DNA of 60,849 bases from Actinomycetota bacterium (GTDB taxonomy: Bacteria; Actinomycetota; CADDZG01; JAHWKV01), in contig DATLOJ010000058.1 in assembly GCA_035536315.1 (NCBI GenBank), positions 1 through 60,849 of the forward strand, written 5' to 3'. How positions within the stretch are numbered: position 1 is the stretch's first letter; each line of letters opens with the position of its first letter. A program made the position numbers and the translations under genes. Of the stretch, positions 8,398 through 19,059 are shown piece after piece. The notes beneath the pieces are model-generated. The model was not told where the DNA came from. It worked only from the letters and a program-made list of their open reading frames with translations, and ran no database searches.

Positions 8398-9188
8398 CCT
8401 GCGAGTCTCTTTCTAAGCGCTAGCAGCGAAAGCCCCACGCCCAGAACGAAGGCGGCTGCAGCCACAGCAAGAGCGCGTGTCATTGCTCCCGCGTCAAAGG
8501 GGCCGATGATCTGAGCCCGCACTCCCTCGATCAGGTGTGAGATCGGGTTGATGGAGGTGACCGACTTGAACCAGCCCTCCATCAGGTTTCTCGGGAAGAA
8601 CGCGCTCGACATGAAGATGAGGACGAAGAACATCGGAAAGCTTCCCTCCACCGCTTCACGTGAGCCAGTCCAAAGAGCAAATGAACACATCACGCCCCCC
8701 ATCCCGGCGGCAAGCAAAGCAATTACCAGTGAGACGGCAAGGACTCCCTGAAGTCCCGACTCGGCCTCCAGCCCGAACATCGCCGTTACGCCGTAAAAGA
8801 ACCAGGTCATGAAGAAACCCAGAAGCGCAGCCCCCGACACCTGCCCGACGATGATCGCTGTTCGGCGAACCGGTGATGAGAGAAGACGCTCGAAGAAGCC
8901 TCCTTCTATGTCTGCCGCCAGTGCAGAGCCGGCAGCCGTCGACCCGAAGATGGCTCCCTGGATGATCGTGGTGGCGAAAGAGAATTGAACGAATGAGTCG
9001 ACCGCGGGGAACCCGCGAAGCCGCGTGGAGTTGCCCATGGCCGCTGCGGTCATCGTTTGAAACATCAACGGAAACAACAAAGCGGGAATGATTGCAGTCG
9101 GCTGCCTGATGATATTTCTGATTGCGCGCGCTGCAAGAGCCCCGTAATGCTTCATACCGCCTCCGGGAGACATCGCATGTGCGCTCAA
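8394..9188 (-). CDS. ABC-2 type exporter permease
   Basis: Polytopic membrane protein. Overlaps the ATPase gene by 4 nt and is a paralogue of the downstream permease. Confidence 0.8.
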   Translation of the reverse strand: MSAHAMSPGGGMKHYGALAARAIRNIIRQPTAIIPALLFPLMFQTMTAAAMGNSTRLRGFPAVDSFVQFSFATTIIQGAIFGSTAAGSALAADIEGGFFERLLSSPVRRTAIIVGQVSGAALLGFFMTWFFYGVTAMFGLEAESGLQGVLAVSLVIALLAAGMGGVMCSFALWTGSREAVEGSFPMFFVLIFMSSAFFPRNLMEGWFKSVTSINPISHLIEGVRAQIIGPFDAGAMTRALAVAAAAFVLGVGLSLLALRKRLAG

Positions 9189-10201
9189 CTAGATCTCCGC
9201 CGCCTGCCTCGCGGGGGTTTCGTCTGGTCATCCTCCGCGGGAGCGGCTGCTTCGCCCTCCAGCCTCCTTCCCGTGACTATCTGAAAGACGTCATCCAGGG
9301 TCGGTGAATGCAGTTCGATTCCATCGACTTTGACCTTTGCGGTCTCGAGAGCCCTTGCAACCGCCGCGATACGGCCCGCTCCCCCTTTCAGCTTTACGGC
9401 GATGTACTCATCAGATCCGGTAGCGCGCTCACCGAACTTGTCCAAAATCTTTTCGGCGGCCTTGCGCTTGGTAGGCGAGGTAACCGCAACCCGCAGGACT
9501 GGATCACCCGCTTGTTTCTTCAGTGCCGCCGGTGTCCCATCGGCAACTATCTTGCCAAGGTCGATGATCGCGATCCTTCCTGCCAGTTGGTCGGCTTCCT
9601 CCATGTACTGCGTTGTCAAGAAAACCGTCGTTCCGAAATCCTGGTTCAGCATTCGAACCTCATCCCAGATCGCTTGGCGTGAGTTGGGGTCGAGCCCGGT
9701 TGTTGGTTCGTCGAGAAAGAGCACAACCGGCTCATGCATCAAGGACAGTGCCATGTCCAAGCGACGCCGCATTCCGCCGGAGTAAGTGCCGACTCTGCGA
9801 TCGGCCGCGCCGACCAGGCCTACGGTATTGAGAAGTCTCTCCGAACGGCCGGCCCCCTCCTTCCGGCCAATGCCATGAAGGACTGCCTGAAGCTTCAGAA
9901 GCTCACGTCCCGTCATGAGGGGATCGATCGCAGCGTCCTGAAGAGCTACTCCAATCGAACGCCGAACCTGATCCGCCTGACCGACCACGTCGAACCCCGC
10001 AACACGCGCACTTCCTCCTGTTGGGCGCAGAAGGGTGGTCAGAATGCGAACCGTTGTCGACTTGCCCGCTCCGTTGGGCCCGAGGAAACCGAAGATCTCT
10101 CCCTGTTGAACCTCCAGGTCGATGCCGTCGACAGCTACAACGTCACCGAAATGCTTCTGGAGACCTTCCGCGATGACAGGGCTGGTGGAGGCGTTTGACA
10201 T
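9185..10201 (-). CDS. ABC transporter ATP-binding protein, DrrA/daunorubicin-resistance-like
   Basis: Walker A GPNGAGKST, signature YSGGMRRRLDMA, Walker B LFLDEPTTGLD, plus a DrrA-type C-terminal domain. The internal ATG at 10201 (MSNASTSPVIAEGL) is preferred over the 351-aa ORF start. Confidence 0.88.
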   Translation of the reverse strand: MSNASTSPVIAEGLQKHFGDVVAVDGIDLEVQQGEIFGFLGPNGAGKSTTVRILTTLLRPTGGSARVAGFDVVGQADQVRRSIGVALQDAAIDPLMTGRELLKLQAVLHGIGRKEGAGRSERLLNTVGLVGAADRRVGTYSGGMRRRLDMALSLMHEPVVLFLDEPTTGLDPNSRQAIWDEVRMLNQDFGTTVFLTTQYMEEADQLAGRIAIIDLGKIVADGTPAALKKQAGDPVLRVAVTSPTKRKAAEKILDKFGERATGSDEYIAVKLKGGAGRIAAVARALETAKVKVDGIELHSPTLDDVFQIVTGRRLEGEAAAPAEDDQTKPPRGRRRRSS

Positions 10202-10227
10202 GGGGATGACGATGATCCTCAAAAACA

Positions 10228-10243
10228 GTTGCATAGTCAACTA
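10228..10243. promoter_or_regulatory. Candidate MarR operator palindrome in the divergent promoter region
   Basis: AGTTGCATAGTCAACT (5-bp arms AGTTG/CAACT) lies between the ABC ATPase start (10201) and the likely MarR start (10259/10265). Confidence 0.35.
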
Positions 10244-10264
10244 ACCCGCCGGTACCATGTGGAT

Positions 10265-10750
10265 ATGGGAGCCGTCCGCAACGCCGACCCGATCGAGCAA
10301 ACTCACGCGCTCTGGCGGGCATTTCTCGAATGCCACGTCAGGTTGATGGAACTGATCGAGCGAGACATCCAGGAGAAGCAGAGCCTCCCCCTCAGCTGGT
10401 TCGAGGTCCTTCTCTTCTTGAACGAAGTTCCGGACGGGGCAATGCGAATGCAGGACCTGGCGTCACGTGTGCTGCTGTCCAAGAGCGGACTGACGCGTCT
10501 CGTCGACCGCCTCGAGGCTGCCGGGCTCATCGAGCGAAGGAGCTGTCCCGCGGATCGGCGAGGAACTTACGCCACAGTTACGGTAAAGGGACGCAGGGCT
10601 CTGCGAGAGTCTGAACCGCTTGTCATGGAGTCCATCAAGAGCCGCTTCCTCGAGCACCTGACTCCAGAAGAGGGACGGGTTTTGGAAAGCCTGTCGAGGC
10701 GCATCCTTGCCGCCAACGGGTATTCCCCCCAGGAACCCGAGGGCTGCTGA
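10265..10750 (+). CDS. MarR-family transcriptional regulator
   Basis: Winged-helix region LPLSWFEVLLFLNEVPDGAMRMQDLASRVLLSKSGLTRLVDRLEAAGLIERRSCPADRRGTYATVT. Start is uncertain (TTG 10229, GTG 10259 or ATG 10265). Confidence 0.85.
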   Translation: MGAVRNADPIEQTHALWRAFLECHVRLMELIERDIQEKQSLPLSWFEVLLFLNEVPDGAMRMQDLASRVLLSKSGLTRLVDRLEAAGLIERRSCPADRRGTYATVTVKGRRALRESEPLVMESIKSRFLEHLTPEEGRVLESLSRRILAANGYSPQEPEGC

Positions 10751-10791
10751 CCGTATAGATTGACCCGTCCGAAATTACACGGGAGCAGTCG

Positions 10792-12030
10792 ATGAAGAGA
10801 TTTATTTGCGTGGCCCTAACTCTTGTTGCCCTAGCCGGATGCACCTTCAATGCCAGTGTGTCCAAAAAGGACGTGGCGATGGATTCCCTCAACAAGCTGG
10901 GTAAGAGCGAAGAAAAGGGCACCGGGGGGATCGATGCCTTCGAGGAGGCCCCCGATCCCCAGCAGCAGGCTGATGATTTCCTAAAATTCGTGTTCGGGAA
11001 CGTCGACGAATTTTGGAAAGGAATGTTCGCCAAGTCAAAAGTTCCCTACGAAACTCCCGGCCTCAACCTCATCCAGGGTCCGCAGGAAACTCAGTGTGGC
11101 AAAGCCAATACATCAACCGATGGACCATTCTGGTGCTCGTTGGACAACACCATCTACTTCTCCTCCGACTTTCGCCAGGTCTTCACGCGTGCACTGAAGG
11201 TTCCGGGCGACTTCGTCCTTGCCTATGCCATGGCGCACGAGTTCGGCCACCACGTCCAGGGACAGCTCGGTTTCTTCGAGGACTATCTCCAGCAGACTCG
11301 GAGGGTAAGAGAAGAAGAGGCGAATGCACTGAGTGTTCGGATCGAGTTGCAGGCAGATTGTTTCGCAGGCGTCTGGGCCAACAGCACCTACGACCAGAAG
11401 ATCCTCGAGCCCGGCGACATAGACGAGGCACAGGCGGCGGCGGCCGCCATCGGTGACGACCGGCTCTCTCCCGGGAGTTCCCCTGAAGAGTGGGATCACG
11501 GTCCCGCTCGGCAGCGCCGGTCTTGGTTCACCTTCGGCTACATATCCGGAGACCCATCCCGATGCGACAGCTTTCCCGTTGAGCGGGGGGACGAGGTTGA
11601 GATCGAAGAGAGCATGGACGACAACCGTGCGAAGGCTGCGAAGCAGATTCAGGAAAAGTTTGCAGCGATCAACGACAAGGACTGCGAGGACAACACAAAC
11701 CGCTCACGCAAAGAGCCGGTTGCGACGATCACTTGCGAGTTGGAGTCAGGCGCCATCACTGCGGACTATGACCTGTGGTCGAGCAAGGCCGTATCGGAGG
11801 ACTTCAGCAACCACATAGTCAAGACATTCGGCGCGGAGTCGGAACAGCCGTGGGGAGGCGAAGGCCCTGCACTGGGACGAAGGTTTGAGTTCAAGAACGA
11901 GGACGGCGCGGCGTTCGTAGCGTGGACCTACAACGACGAGCCTTTCACCGGTATCGCAATAAGAGTTGACGGCAACGCTCAGGCGCTGTCCGACTGGTGG
12001 CTGTCGGGAGGAAGGGCTCTTAGAACTTAG
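10792..12030 (+). CDS. Lipoprotein, putative neutral zinc metallopeptidase (YpfJ/Rv2575-like) with about 150-aa C-terminal extension
   Basis: Lipobox LVALAGC. GPFWCSLDNTIYFSSDF, AMAHEFGHHVQ (HExxH) and ELQADCFAGVWA match the COG2321 family pattern. Confidence 0.8.
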   Translation: MKRFICVALTLVALAGCTFNASVSKKDVAMDSLNKLGKSEEKGTGGIDAFEEAPDPQQQADDFLKFVFGNVDEFWKGMFAKSKVPYETPGLNLIQGPQETQCGKANTSTDGPFWCSLDNTIYFSSDFRQVFTRALKVPGDFVLAYAMAHEFGHHVQGQLGFFEDYLQQTRRVREEEANALSVRIELQADCFAGVWANSTYDQKILEPGDIDEAQAAAAAIGDDRLSPGSSPEEWDHGPARQRRSWFTFGYISGDPSRCDSFPVERGDEVEIEESMDDNRAKAAKQIQEKFAAINDKDCEDNTNRSRKEPVATITCELESGAITADYDLWSSKAVSEDFSNHIVKTFGAESEQPWGGEGPALGRRFEFKNEDGAAFVAWTYNDEPFTGIAIRVDGNAQALSDWWLSGGRALRT

Positions 12031-13223
12031 GGAGCTGCTGCTGCAAGCTCGTACACCATTGCCGTCTTTTTTGCAGCCAGCGGCCACGTGAACCGTTCCA
12101 ATACTCTGGCCCGGCCCGCCTTCCCCATGCGAACAGCGCGGGCAGGATCTTCGAGAAGGGCGTTGATCTTTCCGGCCAGGTCGTTCTCGAAGTATTCAAA
12201 GTCGGGTCTTGACCTCTCCCCACCTGGGCCCACGTCGACAAGCAAGCCAGTCTCACCGTCGGCCACAACCTCTGGAATGCCGCCGGTTCTCGTCGCGACG
12301 ACGGGGGCCTCACACGCCATTGCCTCGAGGTTGACAATCCCAAAAGGCTCGTAAATCGAAGGGCATACGAAGACAGACGAGTGACTGAGGACCTGAATCG
12401 CCTCCCGACGCTCCATCATGCGGTCGGCCCAGACTACGTTTCCCCTGCTCTTTCCCAGCTCATCGACGAGCTTCTCCACCTCCGCCCCGATTTCAGGTGT
12501 GTCGGCCTCGCCGGCGCAGATGAGGACAGTTGCATTCGGGTCGACGTTGGAAGCCGCGCGGAGCAAATGCACGAGGCCCTTTTGCCGGGTGATCCGTCCA
12601 AGAAATGTGACCAGCGGAGCCCCTGGCTCGATGTGCAACGACTCGATGACATCCGTCTGTTTGTCCGGACGGTAAACAGCCGGATCGACGCCGTTGTGAA
12701 CCACATGAACGCGGGCCGAATCGATTGCGGGATAGACGGTCAGTACGTCTTTCTTCATCTGCTCAGAGACGGCTATCAAAGCGTCTGCATTTTCCAGCCC
12801 GGTCTTCTCGCAAAAGCAACTGAGCGCGTAACCGCCACCGAGCTGTTCCGCCTTCCACGGACGCAGTGGTTCGAGGCTGTGCGTCGTAACAACGTGGGCG
12901 ATCCCGTGCAGGAGTTTCGAGAGGTGGCCCGCGAAGTTCGTGTACCAGGTGTTGCTGTGGACAACATCCACTCCGCTCACAGATGCGGCCATCGCAAGGT
13001 CCACCGACATGGTGCGCAGTGCAGCGAAGTGATCCTCATCGCCGGTTAGCTCCTTCCAAGCCTTGTAACTTCGCTTCACCAGAGATGATTCGCGTTCCGC
13101 CCCGAAGGCATGGACTTCTAGATCGAGAATATTTTTGAGCTCGGCCGACAGATGTTCGACGTAAACGCCGGCCCCCCCGTACACCTCGGGTGGAAACTCC
13201 TTCGTCAGGAGCGCGACCCTCAT
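12027..13223 (-). CDS. glgA: GT4 glycogen synthase, Corynebacterium/Mycobacterium type (GlgA/GlgM-like ADP-glucose-dependent glucosyltransferase)
   Basis: [25 protein letters not shown]..., ...[34 protein letters not shown]. Overlaps glgC by 4 nt. Confidence 0.88.
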   Translation of the reverse strand: MRVALLTKEFPPEVYGGAGVYVEHLSAELKNILDLEVHAFGAERESSLVKRSYKAWKELTGDEDHFAALRTMSVDLAMAASVSGVDVVHSNTWYTNFAGHLSKLLHGIAHVVTTHSLEPLRPWKAEQLGGGYALSCFCEKTGLENADALIAVSEQMKKDVLTVYPAIDSARVHVVHNGVDPAVYRPDKQTDVIESLHIEPGAPLVTFLGRITRQKGLVHLLRAASNVDPNATVLICAGEADTPEIGAEVEKLVDELGKSRGNVVWADRMMERREAIQVLSHSSVFVCPSIYEPFGIVNLEAMACEAPVVATRTGGIPEVVADGETGLLVDVGPGGERSRPDFEYFENDLAGKINALLEDPARAVRMGKAGRARVLERFTWPLAAKKTAMVYELAAAAP

Positions 13224-14458
13224 CCGGCTTCGATCTTCTGATTCTTCCCGATCACAACGATTCCACCATCGGAGACGGTGAACCGCTCCGAGTCCCTGTC
13301 GCGATCGACTCCAACCTCAAACCCGCCCGGGATGTGGACGTTCTTGTCGATGATGGCGTTTCTTACCACAGCCCTCTCCCCCACAGTCACACCGTCGAGC
13401 AGGACAGAGCTCTCTACTAAGGCACCCGCGTCGACGTGAACACGGGGGGAAAGCACAGACCGCCTCACGGTACCGCCAGAAACGATCACGCCGGCACTCA
13501 CCATCGAGTCGAAGGCTTGCCCGGTACGGCCGGCTTCTTCGAGGACGAATTTGGCAGGGGGAAGTGGATCGTGCCAGGAGTAGATGGGCCACTCCTCGTT
13601 GTACAGGTTGAAGATCGGATGGATCGAAACGAGATCCATGTGTCCTTCGTGATACGCATCAAGATTTCCTACGTCCCGCCAGTAGCCTTTTTCTCGGTCC
13701 TCCACACCAGGCACCTCGTTCGTCTGGAAGTCGTAGTAAGCCGCGTCACCGTTTCTCACCATCATCGGGATGATGTCTCCCCCGATGTCGTGGTTGCTCT
13801 GGTCGTTCTCCGAGTCCTTAGAGACTGCCTCGATCAACGCGTCGGTCGAAAAGACGTAGTTACCCATGGACGCAAGAGCCTGCCCGGGTGAGCCCGGAAA
13901 CTCGGGAACCTGGCTGGGCTTCTCGAGAAACTCGTCGATACAGAAACTCTCACCGGCTCGAATGATGCCGAACTCCGAGGCAGTTTCTACCGGGACGCGC
14001 AGACCTGCAACCGTTACGCCTGCGCCGGTGTCCAGATGGTGTTCGATCATCTGTTGAGGATCCATGCGGTAGATGTGGTCCGCTCCGAAGACGCAGATGA
14101 GGTCGGGTCTTTCATCGTGAACCAAATTCAGGTTCTGAAAGATCGCGTCGGCAGAACCTTCGAACCAGTACGGTCCCCTCCTCATCTGTGCGGGAACGGG
14201 GGTTACATATGCGCCAAGAAGCGGCGACAGTCTCCAGGTCAATGCAATGTGCCGGTCGAGACTGTGGCTCTTGTACTGAGTCAGAACAACGATCTTGCGG
14301 TTTCCCCCGTTGACAAGGTTGGAAAGGACGAAGTCAACGAGCCGGTAGTTGCCACCGTATGGCACTGCGGGCTTGGCCCTGTCCGCGGTAAGTGGGGCCA
14401 GACGCTTTCCCTGACCGCCGGCGAGAACAATGGACAGAACGTGCAGCGGCCTCAGCAT
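13220..14458 (-). CDS. glgC: Glucose-1-phosphate adenylyltransferase
   Basis: [37 protein letters not shown]... followed by a C-terminal left-handed beta-helix region. Confidence 0.92.
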   Translation of the reverse strand: MLRPLHVLSIVLAGGQGKRLAPLTADRAKPAVPYGGNYRLVDFVLSNLVNGGNRKIVVLTQYKSHSLDRHIALTWRLSPLLGAYVTPVPAQMRRGPYWFEGSADAIFQNLNLVHDERPDLICVFGADHIYRMDPQQMIEHHLDTGAGVTVAGLRVPVETASEFGIIRAGESFCIDEFLEKPSQVPEFPGSPGQALASMGNYVFSTDALIEAVSKDSENDQSNHDIGGDIIPMMVRNGDAAYYDFQTNEVPGVEDREKGYWRDVGNLDAYHEGHMDLVSIHPIFNLYNEEWPIYSWHDPLPPAKFVLEEAGRTGQAFDSMVSAGVIVSGGTVRRSVLSPRVHVDAGALVESSVLLDGVTVGERAVVRNAIIDKNVHIPGGFEVGVDRDRDSERFTVSDGGIVVIGKNQKIEAG

Positions 14459-14488
14459 CGGGCCCTAGTCTCTCACTCGTTGCGCGGC

Positions 14489-15514
14489 TTACTGCTGTGT
14501 CCGAACCATAACCAGCTTCGTCGGGGGGTCGGCCAGAGCCTCCGGTGCGTCTTCCCAGGACACCAGCTGCGTTGTGACCAGCTCAGGCTTGAGCGTCTTC
14601 TTCTCAACCAAATCGAGTATCTCGGGAATCGAGGTTCGCGCGTGAGGGCGCCCGGTATGAAAAGACACACCTGCGACGTACATGTCGAGCAGAGGTACTG
14701 GTGTCGTGTCCGAGTAGTAAATGCCGATGCTGGTACAGATGCCGTCCGGCTCCGTCGATCGAATGGCACAAGCAAGGCCCTCCGGGCTTGCACTTGCATC
14801 GACCGTTATCGGCGCACGGCCAAGCCTTCGCGGCGGCGGGCCTTCATGCACCGCTGCACCGAAGCTCTCTGCAAGCTGCAGCCGCACCTGGTCTGTGTCG
14901 AGATAGTGGATAGACGCTGCCCCCATTGCCGACGCGATCAAAACCGCGTACAGACCGATGCTCGGCGCGCCTCCCGCAATGATCACAACTGGGGACCCTG
15001 GCTGCCGAAGAAGCTGGGGGCCTACGGTCCTCCACGCGTCGGGAATGTTGTCGCTCATGCTCGCAATCGATCTCGGATCCACCGTTGAGGGCACCTTCAC
15101 GAGCATGGCATCGGCGAACGGAACTCTTACGAGGTCGGACATGAACCCGCCCCAGTCCCCTCCGATAACGCCGAAGCCGTACATGGGTCTCTTGAACCCG
15201 CGGCAGTTTCCAGTCGATCCGTGCATACACGCGTAACACTCTCCGCATGAGATCTGGAACGGCACGATCACCAGATCTCCGGGGGCGACAGTGGTGACCT
15301 CCTCGCCAACTTCGATTACTTCCGCAACTCCTTCGTGCCCGAATGGGTAGGGGCCCTGAAACAGCGGGACCATTCCTCGGATGATTGCCGAATCGAGGTC
15401 ACAGTTCGCAACGGCTACAGGCCTGACCAGCGCCTCTTTGGGTCCCTGGATCCGAGGATCGGGCGCCTCCTCCCACTCGAGCCGTCCCGGCTCGATGTAC
15501 ATCAGCTGCTGCAT
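14489..15514 (-). CDS. Zinc-dependent alcohol dehydrogenase family (MDR) oxidoreductase
   Basis: GHEGVAEVIEVG, structural-zinc cysteines CGECYACMHGSTGNC, and a Rossmann segment VVIIAGGAPSIGLYAV. Confidence 0.85.
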   Translation of the reverse strand: MQQLMYIEPGRLEWEEAPDPRIQGPKEALVRPVAVANCDLDSAIIRGMVPLFQGPYPFGHEGVAEVIEVGEEVTTVAPGDLVIVPFQISCGECYACMHGSTGNCRGFKRPMYGFGVIGGDWGGFMSDLVRVPFADAMLVKVPSTVDPRSIASMSDNIPDAWRTVGPQLLRQPGSPVVIIAGGAPSIGLYAVLIASAMGAASIHYLDTDQVRLQLAESFGAAVHEGPPPRRLGRAPITVDASASPEGLACAIRSTEPDGICTSIGIYYSDTTPVPLLDMYVAGVSFHTGRPHARTSIPEILDLVEKKTLKPELVTTQLVSWEDAPEALADPPTKLVMVRTQQ

Positions 15515-15526
15515 GTAGTGGGCCTC

Positions 15527-16285
15527 CTAGCGGGCAGGGACAGGCCGCGTTCTCAAGCTCCCAACCCCCAGGTACTCCGCAACAACCGCCTCATCGAGGT
15601 CCTTCACGTCAGCCTCGTAAACGACCACACCACCCTGCATGATGTGCGCCCGATCGGCAATCTTCAGAGCGGCGTTCACGTTTTGCTCGACCATGAGGAT
15701 CGTGACGCCTTGCTCATTCACTTGCTTCAGGACTTCGAAGACCTGACCGACCATCACGGGAGAGAGTCCGGCAGAGGCTTCATCGACCAGCACCATCTTT
15801 GGCTCTGCCATCAAAGCCCTGGCAACCGCGAGCGATGCTTGCTCTCCCCCAGACATCGATCCGGCCTGCTGCGTACGGCGAGTCTTCAAAACCGGGAACC
15901 TCTCGTAAATCGAATCCAGCACGGACTGGTACTTGGACCTGTCCCTTCTGCGCAGCGCGTACGCGCCGAGACGCAGATTCTGCTCAACACTCAGTTCGGG
16001 GAAGACCTGACGGCCCTGGGGAACGTGAGCCATTCCGTATGCGACACGGTCTTCGGCCTCCGCGTTCGTCACGTCCCGCCTTGCAAAGTGAACGGTCCCT
16101 GCCCTTGCTGGGACGATTCCTGCGATCGTTTTCATCGTCACGCTTTTGCCTGCACCGTTGAGGCCCAGGATGGCCGAGATTCCTCCCTCTTCTACATGCA
16201 ATGAAACGCCGTGAAGAACCACGTTCGAGCCAAAGCCGGCCTCGAGACCACGGACTTCCAAAAGGTGCTGATGCTGCGAGCTCAT
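15527..16285 (-). CDS. livF: Branched-chain amino-acid-type ABC transporter ATP-binding protein (LivF-like)
   Basis: Walker A GLNGAGKS, signature MSGGEQASLAVARAL, Walker B VLVDEASAGLSP. The internal ATG at 16285 overlaps the upstream stop (ATGA). Confidence 0.9.
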   Translation of the reverse strand: MSSQHQHLLEVRGLEAGFGSNVVLHGVSLHVEEGGISAILGLNGAGKSVTMKTIAGIVPARAGTVHFARRDVTNAEAEDRVAYGMAHVPQGRQVFPELSVEQNLRLGAYALRRRDRSKYQSVLDSIYERFPVLKTRRTQQAGSMSGGEQASLAVARALMAEPKMVLVDEASAGLSPVMVGQVFEVLKQVNEQGVTILMVEQNVNAALKIADRAHIMQGGVVVYEADVKDLDEAVVAEYLGVGSLRTRPVPAR

Positions 16286-18129
16286 GCGGGCACCGGCTGC
16301 GCTGCCTGGCCGAGGTAAGCGGTGATGACCTCTGGATGAGACGCAACCTCGTCGGGCGTGCCCTCTGCAAGCAAGCTCCCGAAGTTGAGAACGTATATGT
16401 AGTCGCAAACCGAAAGAACCATTGGGATGTTGTGTTCGATCAGCAGCACCGTGCGGCCAAGCTCGTCGCGAATCTCCTTCAACCTCTCCGCCAGGCTCTC
16501 GACAGCCGCCGGCGCAAAACCGGCGGAGGGCTCGTCGAGCATAAGAAGGGAGGGTGAAGTGATGAGCGCGCATGCGATTTCAACGAGCCTTTGCTGACCA
16601 TGCGACAGGTTCTTCACCGGTGTCTCTGCGTACCGTTCGAAACCGAGGGACTCGATCGCTTCTCGGGCCCGGTCGATCAATTCCGCTTCGATCCGGGCGG
16701 CTTTGGAAGTGAACAACAGTGCAGAACCATCTCCGTAAATTGCGGACGCGTGCTGCGCCATCAGGAAGTTCTCCTGCACGGAAAGGTTCTTCGCCAGCCC
16801 GATCAGCTGAAAGGTTCGTCCCATGCCAAGGGCCGCTCGCGCGTGAGGCGATAGCGCGGTTACGGACTCGCCCTGGAACTTGATGTCACCCGCATCGGGT
16901 TTGACCAGGCCGGAGATCGCGTTGAAAAGCGTTGTCTTTCCGGCGCCGTTCGGCCCGATGAGACCAATGATTTTCCCTGCCGGAACCTCCAGCGAGACTC
17001 CGTCCACGGCGACGAGTCCACCGAAAGAAACGCGGACGTCCGAGACTTCGAGAATCGGCCCCCCTCCTTCCGTGGGCGGAGGGGCCGCGCCTTTGGGGGC
17101 CGGAAGTTTTGGAAGACGCGTCGTCAGATCCTCCGGCGCGGGGTCGCGTTTCGCCTGCCTCTTCATGCGCACCTCATGGAACACCTCGGCAAACCCACCG
17201 GGGTGGTTCGCCATCGTGTACACCAAAAGAAACGCTCCGATGATCAGGTCCCAGCCTTCGATGCTCTGAAGGAGTCGCGGGGTGAGAGCGAAGAAGACGG
17301 CCGCAACAGCCACACCCTTCCGGTTTCCGAGCCCGCCCACAACCACAAGAACAACCAGGAACAGCGACCAGGCGTCGTAGCTAAAAGTGTCTGAGTTGAC
17401 GAAACCTATGAGGTGTCCGTACAGGGCTCCAGACAGGCCTGCGAGCGAACCGGAGAGGACGAACGCCGTCAGTTTGTAGCGAGTGATGTCGATCCCAAAC
17501 GACTGCGCGACAGCCTCGTCCTCTCTGATCGCATGGAAAGCACGTCCGAGCTTTGTCCGAACGACATTCACGTCGAGAAGCCAAACGAAGAGTGCAACGA
17601 CGAGGGCTAAGGCCAGGTAGTCGGCGTTTTCCGTAAGGACCCAGTTGCGGGAAAGTCTTCTGGGCAACTCGAGGCCGGCGGATCCCCGCGTGATCGGCTG
17701 CCATCGAAAGACGGATTCCTGCATCATGAAAGCGAAGCCGATCGTTGCGATAGCAAGATAGAGACCGCGCAGTCGCAAGGCGGGCAAACCGACCAGAAAC
17801 GCGAGGATGGCTCCGAATAAGACGGCTGCCAGCAACCCGGCATACAAGGGCAGTTCCGGGCCTCGAGTGGTGACGAGACCGCTCGCGAAGGCACCGGTCC
17901 CCAGCAAGGCCCCATGCCCCAGCGAGATCTGGCCTGCGTAACCCATGAGGAGGTTCAACGAGAGCGCCGCCGCTACATAGCACGTCGCGACGCCGAGCAT
18001 GAGCGCACGGTAGTCCGTGAAGATTCCGGGGATCGCTCTTGCAAGAAGCGGGGGCAGGATGATGAAGGACGCAGCGACAATCAAGATCTTGATCTGCCTC
18101 GGCGAGGGAGCAAACCCTTTTAGCGACAT
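16282..18129 (-). CDS. Fused LivM-like permease / LivG-like ATPase
   Basis: N-terminal about 330-aa polytopic permease (GQISLGHGALLGTGAF...), a Pro-rich linker, then an NBD (GPNGAGKTT, LSHGQQRLVEIACAL, LMLDEPSAGF). ATG at 18129 chosen because upstream ORF sequence overlaps livH. Confidence 0.85.
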   Translation of the reverse strand: MSLKGFAPSPRQIKILIVAASFIILPPLLARAIPGIFTDYRALMLGVATCYVAAALSLNLLMGYAGQISLGHGALLGTGAFASGLVTTRGPELPLYAGLLAAVLFGAILAFLVGLPALRLRGLYLAIATIGFAFMMQESVFRWQPITRGSAGLELPRRLSRNWVLTENADYLALALVVALFVWLLDVNVVRTKLGRAFHAIREDEAVAQSFGIDITRYKLTAFVLSGSLAGLSGALYGHLIGFVNSDTFSYDAWSLFLVVLVVVGGLGNRKGVAVAAVFFALTPRLLQSIEGWDLIIGAFLLVYTMANHPGGFAEVFHEVRMKRQAKRDPAPEDLTTRLPKLPAPKGAAPPPTEGGGPILEVSDVRVSFGGLVAVDGVSLEVPAGKIIGLIGPNGAGKTTLFNAISGLVKPDAGDIKFQGESVTALSPHARAALGMGRTFQLIGLAKNLSVQENFLMAQHASAIYGDGSALLFTSKAARIEAELIDRAREAIESLGFERYAETPVKNLSHGQQRLVEIACALITSPSLLMLDEPSAGFAPAAVESLAERLKEIRDELGRTVLLIEHNIPMVLSVCDYIYVLNFGSLLAEGTPDEVASHPEVITAYLGQAAQPVPA

Positions 18130-18152
18130 CCCCGCCTTTGTCCCAGTGGTGC

Positions 18153-19025
18153 TCAAGCCGGTGACTTTCCGAGGATGCCCTGGGGACGAAACAGCAGCAC
18201 CAGGATGATCACGAAGAACACTGCGATGGACTGGATTCCCGGGAACTGGTTTCCTATGAAAACCCGCCCGATGATGGACTCGATGAGTCCAATTCCCACT
18301 CCCCCGATGAAAGCTCCGGAGAGACTGCTCAGGCCCCCGAGCAGGGCAGCAGCGAGACCGCGGACGAAGAGCAAAGACATGAATCCGGGGCTGAATGCCC
18401 CGATGGCTGGTTCGATGAGAATTGCCCCGAGGCCGCTTACGAAGGCGGAGGCCCCCCACGTAAAAGCCGAAACCGTTGCAACACGTACTCCAACCAGTCG
18501 CACGGCGACGGGGTCCTGGGATGCTGCGAGCACTCCCAACCCGAAATCTGTTCTGGTGAGGAAGACGGTCAGAGCAATGCCGAGCCCCAGAACCGCCGCG
18601 AAAGCAAGCATGTAGGTGTAGGAGATGTTGAACCCAAAAACTTCCGGCCCGAGCCCTTGAATGGGGGCGCGCAAAACCCTCGGACTCAATCCCCACACCT
18701 TTAGCTCAATGGAAAACAGAAGCAGGAAGAGACCGACTGTGGACACGGCAACGGCCAGTCTTGTAGCGCCCGCCATTCTCCTGACGACGAGCCCTTCGAA
18801 GATCAGTCCGATGGCGACCGCTGCGACGAGGGCCATGGATGCTCCGGCCCACCAGGGCCAGGACTGCTGTTCGTTGAAGGCCCACGCGACGAACAACGTG
18901 AATGTCCCTATCTCCCCCAGACCAAAGTTCAGAACCCTCGAACCGCGATAAACAAGAACCAGCCCGAGGGCGATCAGCCCATAAATTCCACCGTTGGCCA
19001 AGCCGGAGACGATCACGCGACCCAA
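18153..19025 (-). CDS. livH: Branched-chain amino-acid-type ABC permease (LivH-like)
   Basis: GLANGGIYGLIALGLVLVYRGSRVLNFGLGE... is the typical LivH N-terminus. Confidence 0.9.
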   Translation of the reverse strand: MGRVIVSGLANGGIYGLIALGLVLVYRGSRVLNFGLGEIGTFTLFVAWAFNEQQSWPWWAGASMALVAAVAIGLIFEGLVVRRMAGATRLAVAVSTVGLFLLLFSIELKVWGLSPRVLRAPIQGLGPEVFGFNISYTYMLAFAAVLGLGIALTVFLTRTDFGLGVLAASQDPVAVRLVGVRVATVSAFTWGASAFVSGLGAILIEPAIGAFSPGFMSLLFVRGLAAALLGGLSSLSGAFIGGVGIGLIESIIGRVFIGNQFPGIQSIAVFFVIILVLLFRPQGILGKSPA

Positions 19026-19059
19026 GATTTATCCTCCTGTCTGAACGCGATTTTGGGTC

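Noticed and set aside
14036-15088. 350-aa plus-strand ORF
   Set aside because: It is antisense to glgC and the Zn-ADH gene and spans their intergenic gap. The translation is Arg-rich nonsense, and both opposite-strand genes have clear family motifs.
16286-16573. N-terminal extensions of the ORF-track entries for livF (to 16573), livM-livG (to 18696), the triple fusion (to 33140), the zinc-ribbon protein (to 2687), CocE (to 22402), the lipase (from 25402) and the surface protein (to 53220)
   Set aside because: The extended parts overlap the preceding gene in another frame and translate to Arg/Pro/Ser-rich junk. Internal starts give 1-14-nt operon overlaps or proper signal peptides.
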